Part shown: positions 25,206 to 35,743 of the stretch, one piece after another | Position numbering within the stretch: the first letter of the stretch is position 1 | Layout: each line of letters begins with the position of its first letter | Source of the DNA: Nemertoderma westbladi | Lineage: Eukaryota > Animalia > Xenacoelomorpha | Length of the DNA: 64,000 bases | NCBI GenBank assembly: GCA_032718475.1 | Contig: JAUCBJ010001318.1 | Coordinates: forward strand, 56,904-120,903 | Direction of reading: 5' to 3' | Position numbers and translations under genes: made by a program | Notes under the pieces: generated by a model | What the model saw: the letters and a program-made list of their open reading frames with translations, nothing else | The model's database searches: none | Told to the model about the DNA's origin: nothing

Positions 25206-25747
25206 ACTATCAGATAGTCAATAAGAATGTAAGTTGCCAGCAAGTGTCAGCGATTAATTTGAAAGAATTAAAAAATCAATTATCTGGTAAACACATACTC
25301 AAACCAAATCAGTTTATATATAAGATATTTGGTGCCACATTATTAATATTTAAAAATGGTCGTATTACATTATTAGGTAGTAAGTATAATTTCCAAAAAG
25401 TAAAAAAGCATATATTTGATAAAACTAGTATTAATTTGATTTTAAAATCTGTTAATTTATGTACTTATATTTTTAGTATTAAGTCTGTAGTCTATAGGTT
25501 ATTGATAAACAATACCGGGTTTTATGTTGTCTTTGATAATGTGCAACTTCAAGTTATATATGAACCTGAAATTTTTAATAATTGCAAAATAAGAATAAAT
25601 AATACCGTAGTCATTTGCTGCTTTCATACCGGTAAATGTACTTTAATGTGTTCACCTAGCAAATTTCACATTTATTACCCTATATTTAGTAAACTTGTTA
25701 ATTATTTATTAATGTTTGGTGTTGTGACTTTAGGTGTTGGTGATTAG
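25202..25747 (+). CDS. Divergent TATA-box-binding protein (TBP)-like protein encoded by the Polinton
   Basis: 181 aa two-repeat pattern: QIVNKNVSC...INLKEL, TLLIFKNGRITLLGSK (cf. TBP TALIFSSGKMVCTGAK), YEPEIF (cf. YEPELF), CFHTGKCTL (cf. IFVSGKVVL); ATG overlaps the pPolB stop (ATGA). Confidence 0.72.
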   Translation: MNYQIVNKNVSCQQVSAINLKELKNQLSGKHILKPNQFIYKIFGATLLIFKNGRITLLGSKYNFQKVKKHIFDKTSINLILKSVNLCTYIFSIKSVVYRLLINNTGFYVVFDNVQLQVIYEPEIFNNCKIRINNTVVICCFHTGKCTLMCSPSKFHIYYPIFSKLVNYLLMFGVVTLGVGD

Positions 25748-25837
25748 AAGGTGAAAATTAAACATTATTATTTTTCGATCAATCAATCAATCGGTAGTTA
25801 GGGAAAACTAACCTCGTTTGAATAAGCATGACTCTCA

Positions 25838-26815
25838 CGGGCTGACTGCGTGTCTAGCTGCATGGCTGGCTGCGTGCCGCGAGGCTGACTGCGTGCCGCG
25901 AGGTTGACTGCGTGCCGCGAGGCTGGCTGCGAGGCTGACTGCATGCCGCGAGGCTGACTGCGAGGCTGACTGCGTGCCGCGAGGCTGACTGCGAGGGTGG
26001 CTAGACGGCTGCGAGGTGGACTGTTTCCCAGCAGTGTGGCTGACTGCGCGCACATCCGATTGTAACTGGCTCACGATATTGTATACATTGACTCAGTTTG
26101 TTACTGCGGGTACTGTTACATTAATACTGTGGTACCGGTACCGTACTGCAGTACAATGCTAATCAAAAGAAATCAGCATGCTCTATCTGACAATGCTGTT
26201 ACATCAAGAACAGCGACAGTACTGCAGTACTGTATTGTTTGGGTAGGTGATCTAATCCCTATATGTGAGAGCCACGCGTCCCTTCTAGGTTATGACAGCA
26301 GTATGCTAATCAAGGTTCGGGTAGACAGCAGTATCCTTATAGGTGAAAAAAAAAACAAATGCTATTACATCAGATTACTGCTGTACTGATAAAATGGATG
26401 ACAGTTGTGGATAGGAGCTGCGAGGTTGACCACATCCCCCGCAGTGTGGCTGACTGCGTACACATCTGATTGTAACTGGCTCACGATATGTATACATTGG
26501 CCTAGTTTGTTACTGCGGGTACTGTTACATTAATACTGTAGTACTGGTACTGCGGTACAATGCTAATCAAAGGAAATCAGTATGCTCTATATGATTATGC
26601 TGTTACATCAAGAACAACGACAGTACTGCAGTACTGTATTGTTTGGATAGGTGATCTAATCCCTATATGAGAGACCCCTGCGTGTAATCCAGATCATGAC
26701 AGCAGTATGCTATTGCTTCAGATTACTGCTGTACTGATACCAGTAGACTGTGACTACAGTGTTGGAAGAGTAAAACACTACCAGTACTGATAAAGCGGAT
26801 GACAGTTGTGGTTAG
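25838..26815. repeat. GC-rich GCGAGGCTGACT/GCGTGCC micro-repeats followed by a diverged ~420-bp tandem duplication in the Polinton convergent intergenic region
   Basis: Units at 25840-26015; ~26010-26415 repeated at ~26420-26815. Confidence 0.85.
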
Positions 26816-27180
26816 GCTTATAATAAATTATTGAATTTATCAGTACCGGTACCAACAGGTTAACACTACATCCTATACAGTTTTTGTTGCATTTCTGACT
26901 AATATTACTAGTCAACTACTGTATGTGTTATTAGTTTGCGATGTATAGGATGTTTCGCAATACCAGTATATCTATATTAGAATGATATCGAGAATACTTA
27001 CTGTACATGTTACGTCTACGTCATATTGTTAAATGTGCATGGTTAACCTACCGCAATTGACTCTTTTTAGAGAACTTGTTGTAAAAAAATTATATTTTAT
27101 TATATTTTTATATTAACATCAAGATCATCACCAAAATAAAATTATATTATATCCCATCACATTACATGCTTAGAGTAAAC

Positions 27181-27780
27181 CTACAGTACATCTTCCACCG
27201 CAGTTATTTCTTTCTGTTTATCATCATCATCAGTCGCAGTTAAACGCTTTCTCATGAAAAAATGTAGCATCTCATACCCCCCAACGCGTTTTGCTGAGCA
27301 ATACCGCAGACAGTTATCCTTTGTGTTTAAGTGGAACGCACATTTATTTTCCAGTGGAATAAATTGATCGTGAAAGCGACAGGGGGTTAAATATTCGTGA
27401 TATTGCTTATATATTCCCAATCTCTCCACCGAATTTGGCGCGAGAACATCGAGTTGGGAAACTAATATTGCCCGCTTCAGCAACCCAAATACATGAATGT
27501 TTTTTTTATATTTTAAATGTCTCTTCATATATTTTTTAAAGTCATCTTGAGAAATGTCCCCGTAGTCCCAGGGCAAGTGAGAAGTCATATCCCGTAAATT
27601 GTTTACGTGGGCTGCATCTAAAGCTGATAACTTAATATTAGGTGGGCCTTTAATTAAAAACGTCTTTATATTAGTTTTGGTGTAATTAGAATCGAATATA
27701 GCAAATTCTTTAAATACTACCGGATACTCCTTATTGTCTATCTTATAATATTGAAAATCAACAAAAATAATATTATCCAT
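27181..27780 (-). CDS. Polinton accessory protein, putative DEDD/DnaQ-like nuclease fold
   Basis: Intact 199-aa ORF; IIFVDFQ...FKEFAI, LPWDYGD and a C-terminal CxxH...C pattern. Confidence 0.55.
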   Translation of the reverse strand: MDNIIFVDFQYYKIDNKEYPVVFKEFAIFDSNYTKTNIKTFLIKGPPNIKLSALDAAHVNNLRDMTSHLPWDYGDISQDDFKKYMKRHLKYKKNIHVFGLLKRAILVSQLDVLAPNSVERLGIYKQYHEYLTPCRFHDQFIPLENKCAFHLNTKDNCLRYCSAKRVGGYEMLHFFMRKRLTATDDDDKQKEITAVEDVL

Positions 27781-27811
27781 TTTATCTGATAAACAAAAGT
27801 TAAATAATTAA

Positions 27812-28203
27812 TTACAACGCTTGTTGGTTTATTTTATAATAATTAACAAGCCATTTATATAATATTATTTCATTTATTTCCACATTATTTGTAAACGCTC
27901 TCATTGGATAGATTGTGTGAATACGATTTACCAAATAATACAGACAGTACAGACCGCATGTGGTCCTCCTAGGGTCTTGAAATTGTTTGCGAGTAGTACG
28001 CCACCTTGCGGAATTTTTCTCAAGCCATTTTTGATGCATATCGCGATCCAATGAATCCCAGGCAGATGCTCTTTATCGGTATTTACTATTAAGCCATAGT
28101 CTCTTCACTTATTATTATCTAATTTAGGTAATTTGTTAGCTGGAAACGCACCCAAATAGTGACCACCCACTGGAAACATATCAAGGTCCTCTGTAGATAA
28201 CAT
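27812..28203 (-). pseudogene. Adenain-like cysteine maturation protease, frameshifted and internally deleted
   Basis: YLGAFPAN; in a shifted frame LIVNTDKEHLPGIHWIAI (catalytic His); QDPRRTTCGLYC (catalytic Cys); the expected YFDS segment is missing. Confidence 0.85.
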
Positions 28204-28205
28204 AC

Positions 28206-29465
28206 TTAATCGATATGTATTTCTTTCCTGCTATTTAAACTTAATGATTGATCATAAATATTAAAAACGATTACATTTATGGTTTCAACCAACGGTTCAG
28301 CAAATCTTAATTTTAATTGGCCATTAGTATATATCGACGGTTGCGGATCTCTAACATAGCCGTCGGCGGTTAAGTCCCAGGATAGGATGGGGCAATTACC
28401 TAAGTAGGTTTCATGGTCTATATTATTACCTCCATAACCGTTAATATATGTATTAATGTTCTTCATTAATTGAGTATACTCAAAAATATATGTTCCATCT
28501 GTAAAATTAGGCTCGTATATTACACCACCTACTGGAAGACCGTCTACAATCAGTTCCGCGCGTCTAAGGTTAAAATGTTCAAATTTCAAGGGATTGCTAA
28601 TTAATTCTCCCGAATAAGCGTTATTTGTTATGAAGCCAATAATAACTAATTTGGGTTTTTTACCATCAAATATGTTTGTTTGGGTGTAATTTGTGGTTTG
28701 AGCGGGAAAAGTAAATGTTGTCACCTCCTTTTTTTGAAATTGATATTCAATATCGTAACTCTCTAAACCTTTTAGGTGACTGCTTTCTATTACAGGATTA
28801 ACCTCCATTCTAGGGATTAGAATCTTTATTTCATCTAATTCTAGTCAAAGATTTGTCACCGCGTTTGCGTTTGGAGTGATTTTAAAAATAAACGAATTTG
28901 ATACTTTTCTAAAATGCATTCTTAAATCATACCCGGGTTGTATTATTTTAGTTTCAGTATCAAAATCAATCGTCAATCCACTTACAAATTGCATTTGTTT
29001 ACTAAAGGCAACGTCAATAGGATGCGTGCCAGGATCAATTTCATTTCCGTGCTCAGATAAAGGTTGATGAAAGCCACCCGCAACCAGTAGCCCATTTTTT
29101 TCCTCGTAAGTTGTAAATAATAAATTGGATAAGTACGACTTGTAGAAATAATGGTTATTGCTATTTTCAACCTGCTTCTCATTAAGGTCTATTTTAATAT
29201 CACTCCACATAGTTTCAGCGGGGTAATTCAGCATATATATATGGGAGTTTTCAAGTCGTCTATCCCATCGTACAGTACATTTTGTAATTAATAACACATC
29301 TTGTAGTTTCGTATAGAATTCATTGGATCTCGGTACAAGGAACGTGACCTCCCTAGATTCACTTCTGAGATTAGATACGGGGTAAATTGTTTCATAATGC
29401 TTTGCTTTAAATTCAGTCTGTATTGGCTGTGTAGAAAATAAATCTAATTCCTTAATAATTGACAT
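28206..29465 (-). pseudogene. Polinton major capsid protein (double jelly roll) with one in-frame TGA
   Basis: ELDLFSTQPIQT N-terminus, PKLVIIGF, NPLKFEHFNL, WDLT, LKLRFAEPL; ORFs 28845..29465 and 28206..28808 are the same frame split by TGA at 28845-28847. Confidence 0.88.
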
Positions 29466-29467
29466 TA

Positions 29468-30028
29468 TTAAAAAATACTTTTTTCGCAGTGTTTCAATTT
29501 GCCTTTTATATTTCTCTTTTTACTACGTCGATGATGTATGTTCATAGACATTGGTCTAGCGGGTCGCTTTAAATCTCTATAAACTTTTTCTACAACTGAC
29601 CTTGTTGACTGTTTCATTTTATTTAATGCTTTATTAATAACCGTATTAGCCTGCTGATGTAAGACCCGCTTACCTTTTGGTATTACGTGTTGTCTCATAA
29701 ATTTTGTGGTAAATGGTAAATCTTTCTGTAAAACTTTTTTAGCTAATGGCTTACCAAATTTTTTCAATGTCGATAAAGCGTCTGTAAATATACCTTCTCC
29801 GTGTTGATTTGCCCGCATACCTCTACGATAACGCTGAAAACGACGTTGTTTTAAGTTTGTACCAAATGTGCCAATTTGTTGACCGTAAGGGTCAATATAT
29901 GAACCACCTCGAAAAACAGGAACTTGCGTCGACCCTCTGGTACTTCTTCCACCTTTAAAAACAGCAAGATTCGAGTCTGCACCACCATATTGAGGTTTAC
30001 TGTATCTTTGAAATAAATCAGAATCCAT
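29468..30028 (-). CDS. Basic virion core-like protein with putative adenain cleavage sites
   Basis: K/R-rich; QYGG, FKGG, FRGG, QHGEGIF motifs; lies between penton and MCP as in other Polintons. Confidence 0.65.
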   Translation of the reverse strand: MDSDLFQRYSKPQYGGADSNLAVFKGGRSTRGSTQVPVFRGGSYIDPYGQQIGTFGTNLKQRRFQRYRRGMRANQHGEGIFTDALSTLKKFGKPLAKKVLQKDLPFTTKFMRQHVIPKGKRVLHQQANTVINKALNKMKQSTRSVVEKVYRDLKRPARPMSMNIHHRRSKKRNIKGKLKHCEKSIF

Positions 30029-30029
30029 T

Positions 30030-30884
30030 TTAATTTATTCGTTTAAAGTGTAATGTAATAGATGTTGTCCCGTATTCAAAATTCAAATCTTTTCCTTCTT
30101 TGTCTGTTATTTCAATATGAATGTATGTTATCTTATATGATTTTTTTACAGGGATATAATGAATTGTATCCTTGACAAATTCTTTATTTATTACGCTATC
30201 ATATTTCACGTCATCAGGTATCGCAACACGGCGAAGTAAAGCTAAACCAAAGTCATTAATATATTGATTTTCAATTATATTAGTAGTCACGTACATGTTC
30301 GACTTAGGTTCTGGAATAGAATTGGGTGGTTGAGGGCATAAAAATACCATCTGGTAAGCTTTTTCTCCATTTCCGATAACCTTTATTAAATAACCCTTTA
30401 TGTTATTTTTCGTCTTCAAAATAATTTTAAAATTTGGATTTAAATTCGCGCCGAGATTATTTTCAGTAATTCCAAAATAATAGGCTAATTGTTGACCTAT
30501 AAATAACTCTCGCACAGTTTTCCCTAAAATAAATTGCAGCCTATTTTGCTGAGTATTTTCAACTATTTGTAATTTATCTTTCAACGCCCCTGTGTTAAAA
30601 TAATCTATAATGTCATTGATACTGTAGAACAAACCGGATGGAAGTGTATCCTCAAAATTTTTTTTTCCTTTTTTTAATAAAATAACATTCTCTACATTGT
30701 TATACATGGACGGCAACGTTGCTAAGTAAAATATACTTTTTATACCTACCACCCAGTTTTCGTTTGGGTTTATAGGTAAGGCGCCATGGAAATTGATCTG
30801 ATAATTACTAGCGCTATTGCGGGGAAACTCAATTGGACAGGAGTTACTTGGTAGTCTTACGTAGAATTCATCCATCACTGCCAC
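30030..30884 (-). CDS. Minor capsid (penton-like) protein 2
   Basis: FYVRLPSNS..EFPRNSASNY N-terminus, W.VG, MYVTTNIIE, LLR, Y.PV, I.I.ITD..G, ITLHFKR C-terminus. Confidence 0.85.
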   Translation of the reverse strand: MAVMDEFYVRLPSNSCPIEFPRNSASNYQINFHGALPINPNENWVVGIKSIFYLATLPSMYNNVENVILLKKGKKNFEDTLPSGLFYSINDIIDYFNTGALKDKLQIVENTQQNRLQFILGKTVRELFIGQQLAYYFGITENNLGANLNPNFKIILKTKNNIKGYLIKVIGNGEKAYQMVFLCPQPPNSIPEPKSNMYVTTNIIENQYINDFGLALLRRVAIPDDVKYDSVINKEFVKDTIHYIPVKKSYKITYIHIEITDKEGKDLNFEYGTTSITLHFKRIN

Positions 30885-31740
30885 CCCGTATTAACTTAAG
30901 TGTTATAACAGTGCGACCTCCGCTGAAGTTAATTAATTGGCCTTGCCCATCACGTAAAGTAATTAAGATTGTTTTTAGTTTTTTATTCAACAACGGGTAA
31001 TAGCAAATGCTCTCGTATTCGTGATTAATATATTTTCGATTTAATTGCGTTAAAGGGCAGGTTCTTAAGAGCGGAGCTAAAGCGTCACCAACAAATGAGC
31101 TCTTAATAATATCTGTGTATATAAAGATAGTGTCTTTATTACGTGTTATATTCGTGGGAGCTGGAAAATCTAAAATGCCAATTTCCGAAATTTTTGGCCC
31201 ACTATAATTTAAAATTAATATCGGCTGTTCTATATTGCTTAATTCATCTACTGTAGTGGTACTGTATATATCCCAATTCGGAATATCCGGATGATTCCGA
31301 TCCAATAACGGTTTTAAGCCTAGAATTTGTATTAAATCACCACGTAGACTTAATTGTATTTTTTTCAACTGTTTAGGAAATTTAAATTTAATTCTAGAAT
31401 TATTTGTATTATAAATGAATTCGAAATCTCTATATTTCGCTTCAGAATTAAACAGTTTATTTATATCATCAATAATGACTTGAATAGAGTTATGCATACC
31501 AGGAAATAAACTATATAATTTGGCATCTTTTGCATCTACCCCGATTGACAGTGAGATTTGAGTTTGCAGCGTAATATTACTGTATGTTGCTTGGTATTGA
31601 AGCTCGGCAAGCCCAATTTTAGCGTTTGGACCAATATATAATTCTTCGGCTAAATCAACAGTAAACTCGCTAGGATTATTATTGGGGTAAGTGTTTAATG
31701 AGCTATCTGAAAGTAGAGTGATATATGTATCTGTGGCCAT
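30868..31740 (-). CDS. Minor capsid (penton-like) protein 1
   Basis: YITLLSDSSLNTYPNNNPSEFTV, IGLAELQY, FIYTDII..SFVGD..APLLR, YYPL, LRDGQG..INF. Confidence 0.88.
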   Translation of the reverse strand: MATDTYITLLSDSSLNTYPNNNPSEFTVDLAEELYIGPNAKIGLAELQYQATYSNITLQTQISLSIGVDAKDAKLYSLFPGMHNSIQVIIDDINKLFNSEAKYRDFEFIYNTNNSRIKFKFPKQLKKIQLSLRGDLIQILGLKPLLDRNHPDIPNWDIYSTTTVDELSNIEQPILILNYSGPKISEIGILDFPAPTNITRNKDTIFIYTDIIKSSFVGDALAPLLRTCPLTQLNRKYINHEYESICYYPLLNKKLKTILITLRDGQGQLINFSGGRTVITLKLIRGGSDG

Positions 31741-31992
31741 TATTATTATTATTATTTAAGCTCTCTCTCTCTCTACTTGACTCCATTGTACATACAGTAT
31801 AATGTTAAATTATAGACATCTGTGACCACGTTCATTGTCGTGCATCTTCTACAGTATATGCGTGGGATCAATATTTTATTGGCTTTATTTAAAACGGATG
31901 AACTATAGATATAGTAATATCATTCGAGTTAATATTGATTAATTACGGTCATATGCGACCAAAATGAATTAATATACAGTATAAACCTAAGC

Positions 31993-33081
31993 TTATTGAA
32001 TATGCTGTACCCACGACTGTTTCTTGGATCCGATGAATCGGACTAAATATTCTTTCTTCCCATTGCGTACACGTTCTTTAAGTTTGCCAATATTTTTATC
32101 AATTGCTAGATAAATATTACTATTCGGGTGGACCTTTTGGAGTTCGTGAGAATAAAATGAGCCCTTTATTATAGCTCCAGCGCTGTCCTTATTATCGAAC
32201 ATTACAGCAGGTACTCTATCCAACCTGACACGATGAATAATAAATAATTCACGTGTCCATTGTTCACGATAGCCTTTAGCAAAAGCAGTACGAGCGATAG
32301 ATAATCGTACTGTATCTCCAACTTTAAATTTTATTTTCTTATGATTAATCTGTCTATATTTCCCATATAATCTATTCATTAATTCAGTTTCAATAAATTT
32401 ATAAACTTCAATAGGTGTCATTTTTATTGTCCTATGATATGACCTATTATAAGCCGAGATAAGCTTAGGTAAAATTTTAATCCAAACATTATTTCCTCGT
32501 TGTGTAAAAATTTTGAACATCTTTGTTTTTAATGTTCTATTGAATCTCTCGACAATAGCCGCCTTATTCACAGAATACATTACGTAATACTGTATACCTA
32601 ACGTATCTAAATATTTCCTTACAGATTTATTTAGAAACTCAGAACCTTGATCAGTCGCGATTCTGTTTGGTTTTCCTTTCTGGAACATTTTTTGCAATAT
32701 ACTAATAATTTCAACACCCTTTTTTGTTTTCATACCATAGCCAAAAGCAAGCCTGCTAAAGGCATCAATACATGTTAATATATAGTTATAATTATTATTT
32801 TGCGACTTATATTGCTGCATATCCACCAAATCTATCATATATATATCTTTTATGCCTCCCGTAAATATTTTAGATGTTGGATAATGATGTCTACGTGGAG
32901 CGTGAAGGGTGTATGTCTTTTGCCCGCTCAACCATTTCTGGGCTTGGGCTGGTTTGATGTTTGCAGCTTTTGCTAATTTTGCAACACTTGCAAAACCCGC
33001 GGGGGATGATGGATCTAAATAAATTCTTAACAGTTTTTTTTCTAAGCTTCGGCTTAAAATCGGTTTCATCTTGCGAGGCAT
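31993..33081 (-). CDS. Polinton retroviral-like DDE integrase with C-terminal chromodomain-like tail
   Basis: IDLVDM, CIDAFSR, TDQGSEF, ERFNRTLK, YNRSYHRTIKMTP, FKVGDTVR, EYLVRFIG. Confidence 0.95.
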   Translation of the reverse strand: MPRKMKPILSRSLEKKLLRIYLDPSSPAGFASVAKLAKAANIKPAQAQKWLSGQKTYTLHAPRRHHYPTSKIFTGGIKDIYMIDLVDMQQYKSQNNNYNYILTCIDAFSRLAFGYGMKTKKGVEIISILQKMFQKGKPNRIATDQGSEFLNKSVRKYLDTLGIQYYVMYSVNKAAIVERFNRTLKTKMFKIFTQRGNNVWIKILPKLISAYNRSYHRTIKMTPIEVYKFIETELMNRLYGKYRQINHKKIKFKVGDTVRLSIARTAFAKGYREQWTRELFIIHRVRLDRVPAVMFDNKDSAGAIIKGSFYSHELQKVHPNSNIYLAIDKNIGKLKERVRNGKKEYLVRFIGSKKQSWVQHIQ

Positions 33082-33132
33082 CTTTTCGACAACCGCAAGT
33101 AATATGTATATTCAAATCTCTTATAAAGGGCA

Positions 33133-33303
33133 TCACCATAAGAACAACTGAAATTTTTTAATTATTTTCTTTGAAGTTGATGTTTTGAAGGGTTTTCTTT
33201 TTGTAGTATTTACTCTAGGTATATCTTGTGGTTTTAAATCAACAGCTAACGGTTTACTCGATACTAAATATAATTTTCTAAATGTTACTCCTGTTTTAAC
33301 CAT
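33133..33303 (-). CDS. Small basic Polinton ORF (MVKTGVTFRKLYLVS...), 56 aa
   Basis: Open and conserved in both the main copy and the inverted remnant (starts at 15300). Confidence 0.55.
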   Translation of the reverse strand: MVKTGVTFRKLYLVSSKPLAVDLKPQDIPRVNTTKRKPFKTSTSKKIIKKFQLFLW

Positions 33304-33305
33304 TA

Positions 33306-33689
33306 TCACCGTCCACGGTTAATTTTTTTCGCAATAGCCGCTCCAGCGGCAGCGGCACCGGCACTCGCGGCGAGTTTCGCACCAATGCCAAGTAAGGGTA
33401 TTAGAAATTGTAGTATGCCTCCAGATTGATTGCTTAACTTTTTTCTGTAACTTGATATATTTTTTGTTTTACGGTTGAGTGATTTCAATACCTTCTTATA
33501 GCGGCGAATATTTCTAAATGAATGAGGGGTTAATTGTACGTTACCTTTTAGAACATTTAATGCAGTATTTACAATGAGCCGTATTAATTCGTTACTCGCG
33601 GTATGGTTAATAAAACAAGTTCTTTGTTGAGGGGTAGCGCTGTGTAGAAATTCCAGTTCATTACGATATTTCTGCACAAGTCTATTCAT
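33306..33689 (-). CDS. Polinton conserved core/membrane-lytic-like protein
   Basis: LNVLKGNVQLT motif and QSGG|IL.FLIPLLG, a cleavage site followed by an amphipathic tail. Confidence 0.75.
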   Translation of the reverse strand: MNRLVQKYRNELEFLHSATPQQRTCFINHTASNELIRLIVNTALNVLKGNVQLTPHSFRNIRRYKKVLKSLNRKTKNISSYRKKLSNQSGGILQFLIPLLGIGAKLAASAGAAAAGAAIAKKINRGR

Positions 33690-33726
33690 TGTTGCAACAT
33701 TATTGAAAATTGTTACAAAATATTAA

Positions 33727-34407
33727 TTATTTATCATTATTATTATTATTATTTTCGCTACGTTTATAGTCAATGTAATTTTTAATGTAACAATTATGAT
33801 TACGAAATATATCCGATCTAAATCTTAAATGTTCGGGTGTTTCCTGTCGTAAATCAATTAAGAAATGTGAAAATGGTTGAATTGTCGCATCTTGATAGGA
33901 ATCAACTAAAAATTTGGTCTGTCCTGGTAACATCTGCTTCGCGAAATTTAAAACCGATAGACTGTCTCTCGGATTTTTCATTAATACTAAAGTATGGCTA
34001 TTAATTGATCTTGTGCGGTTATGCTTCCCGCCGTAAAACATGTTTTGCGTTATAAATCAAATAAATATATTGGAATGATGAGCTACCTTAGTAAACAATA
34101 CAGTTAATGCTGTACTGGACTCAGTTTCTGTTAACAAATCATCTATAATTAATAAATCTCGACTATTCACTAAACTATCTATATTTTCGGGCAAGCCTTT
34201 GTAAAGGTGAGTAATACCGGGAATAGTCGGGGGATTGCTCCCATAACAATACAATACTCGCAAGGGGGCTTCGTTGAAACAACCATTCTTGTGTTTAATT
34301 AAATTGCTTACAAAGGTTGACTTTCCGGAACCCGATGGCCCTGAAATTATCATACTTGTGCCCATTTGAAAGTTTAAATTATATGGACCTGAATTAAAGT
34401 CAGCCAT
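33727..34407 (-). pseudogene. A32/FtsK-like DNA packaging ATPase with an in-frame nonsense codon
   Basis: Walker A GPSGSGKST, Walker B LLIIDD; TGA at 34057-34059 is TGT (Cys) in the remnant copy at ~14534. Confidence 0.92.
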
Positions 34408-34683
34408 TTATTATTATTAAGATATATCAACAATACAATACAATATAATATAAATATCAATATCAAATTATTATTAAGATATATCAACAATACAATATAA
34501 TATAATATAAATATCAATATCAATATCAATAAACCCTCACCATTACTATGTATATAACAATAATTGTTGCAACTACAATATTAGAGTACTGTATATTTAA
34601 TTAACATATGACGCCGCTACAGTATGTGACGCTCGCTGCAACAAAAGGTGCTATTTCCAATTATAGTATAGACTGATGTAATT

Positions 34684-35136
34684 TCAAGCATGGTGAGCAT
34701 CTTTATACGCGAAATAATGATAGGTAACATCAGCGGATTGGAAATCACTTCCCGAGAATTTCGCGCTAATGATTTTTTTATGTTCACTGCTAAAAAAATA
34801 AGGAATATAGTAGCAACAGCGTCGTACTACATTTCTATAAAAAATATTCTCCAATATTGTAAATAAATCTCCCGGATCATTACTTTCTGCAGAAATATAA
34901 GTTATATTTCGAAGCTCTTTCCAATAATAGGGTTGATAACTTGCCAACTTTATATTAAACTTAGATATGGGTGCGCGACAAATAGGACAAATTTTAGAAC
35001 AATAATTATTCATTTCGGAATATTGTACAATACATTGTACGCAAGTTGCATGTTTATTTTCACATTTATAATAATCTCGATGTTGTTGCAATAACTTAGA
35101 ATAGCAAACTGGACATTTTTCATTTAAAATATCCAT
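34684..35136 (-). CDS. RING-finger (C3HC4-like) protein, putative E3 ligase
   Basis: CPVC...CENKHATCVQC...CPICR; likely start MDILNEK at 35136. Confidence 0.8.
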   Translation of the reverse strand: MDILNEKCPVCYSKLLQQHRDYYKCENKHATCVQCIVQYSEMNNYCSKICPICRAPISKFNIKLASYQPYYWKELRNITYISAESNDPGDLFTILENIFYRNVVRRCCYYIPYFFSSEHKKIISAKFSGSDFQSADVTYHYFAYKDAHHA

Positions 35137-35299
35137 TTTTCCAAATTTTAAAGTAAATTGAAAATAATTACCACAATACACAACAACAACAAACAAATCT
35201 GTTATACTGTATATACAATTACTACTACAATTTTCGATTATTTAAGAACATCAAAATTTTATATATAATCATAAAATATTTATAATATAGAGGGAAAAG

Positions 35300-35743
35300 T
35301 CAAGAATCAATGATATTATCAACATATTCAACATTATCTGTTGATTCTTCAGGTTCGACAAAGGATTCTTTTGAAATCATTACAATAAAGAAAGACATAA
35401 TTTCGTAGGGGCTATGCCGATTTAGCCGTATTTCAAACTTTTCACCAGCTTCGTTGTATTGTGTAATAACAATTAACCCCTCTATCATGGATAATAGTAA
35501 GATGTTGCTTAATTTTCCCTCATGCTCAACTTTCAGGTTGTAATCTAAGAGATGAATACTATTATCAGAAGCATCAATATCAATTGAGCTTAAAACTTTC
35601 CTGGCTTTTTCAGAAAACTCAATTTTATATTTATCATCTCCCTGACGGTAAATTATATAATCAATAACAATATAGGCTTGACCATCTTCTGCAAAAAATG
35701 AATGCCTTACTATTGGCATAACCATATCGGAATCAGAAGACAT
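35300..35743 (-). CDS. Acidic Polinton protein of unknown function
   Basis: Intact 147-aa ATG ORF with the same AATAATG start context as neighbouring Polinton genes. Confidence 0.6.
   Translation of the reverse strand: MSSDSDMVMPIVRHSFFAEDGQAYIVIDYIIYRQGDDKYKIEFSEKARKVLSSIDIDASDNSIHLLDYNLKVEHEGKLSNILLLSMIEGLIVITQYNEAGEKFEIRLNRHSPYEIMSFFIVMISKESFVEPEESTDNVEYVDNIIDS

Noticed and set aside
25798-26389. ORF-track proteins at 25798, 25835 and 26129
   Set aside because: Low-complexity translations of the micro-repeat region.
28845-34059. Stop-codon readthrough or alternative genetic code suggested by several in-frame TGA codons
   Set aside because: The sister fragment has TGT at the ATPase TGA; frameshifts and TAA/TAG stops also occur, consistent with neutral decay.
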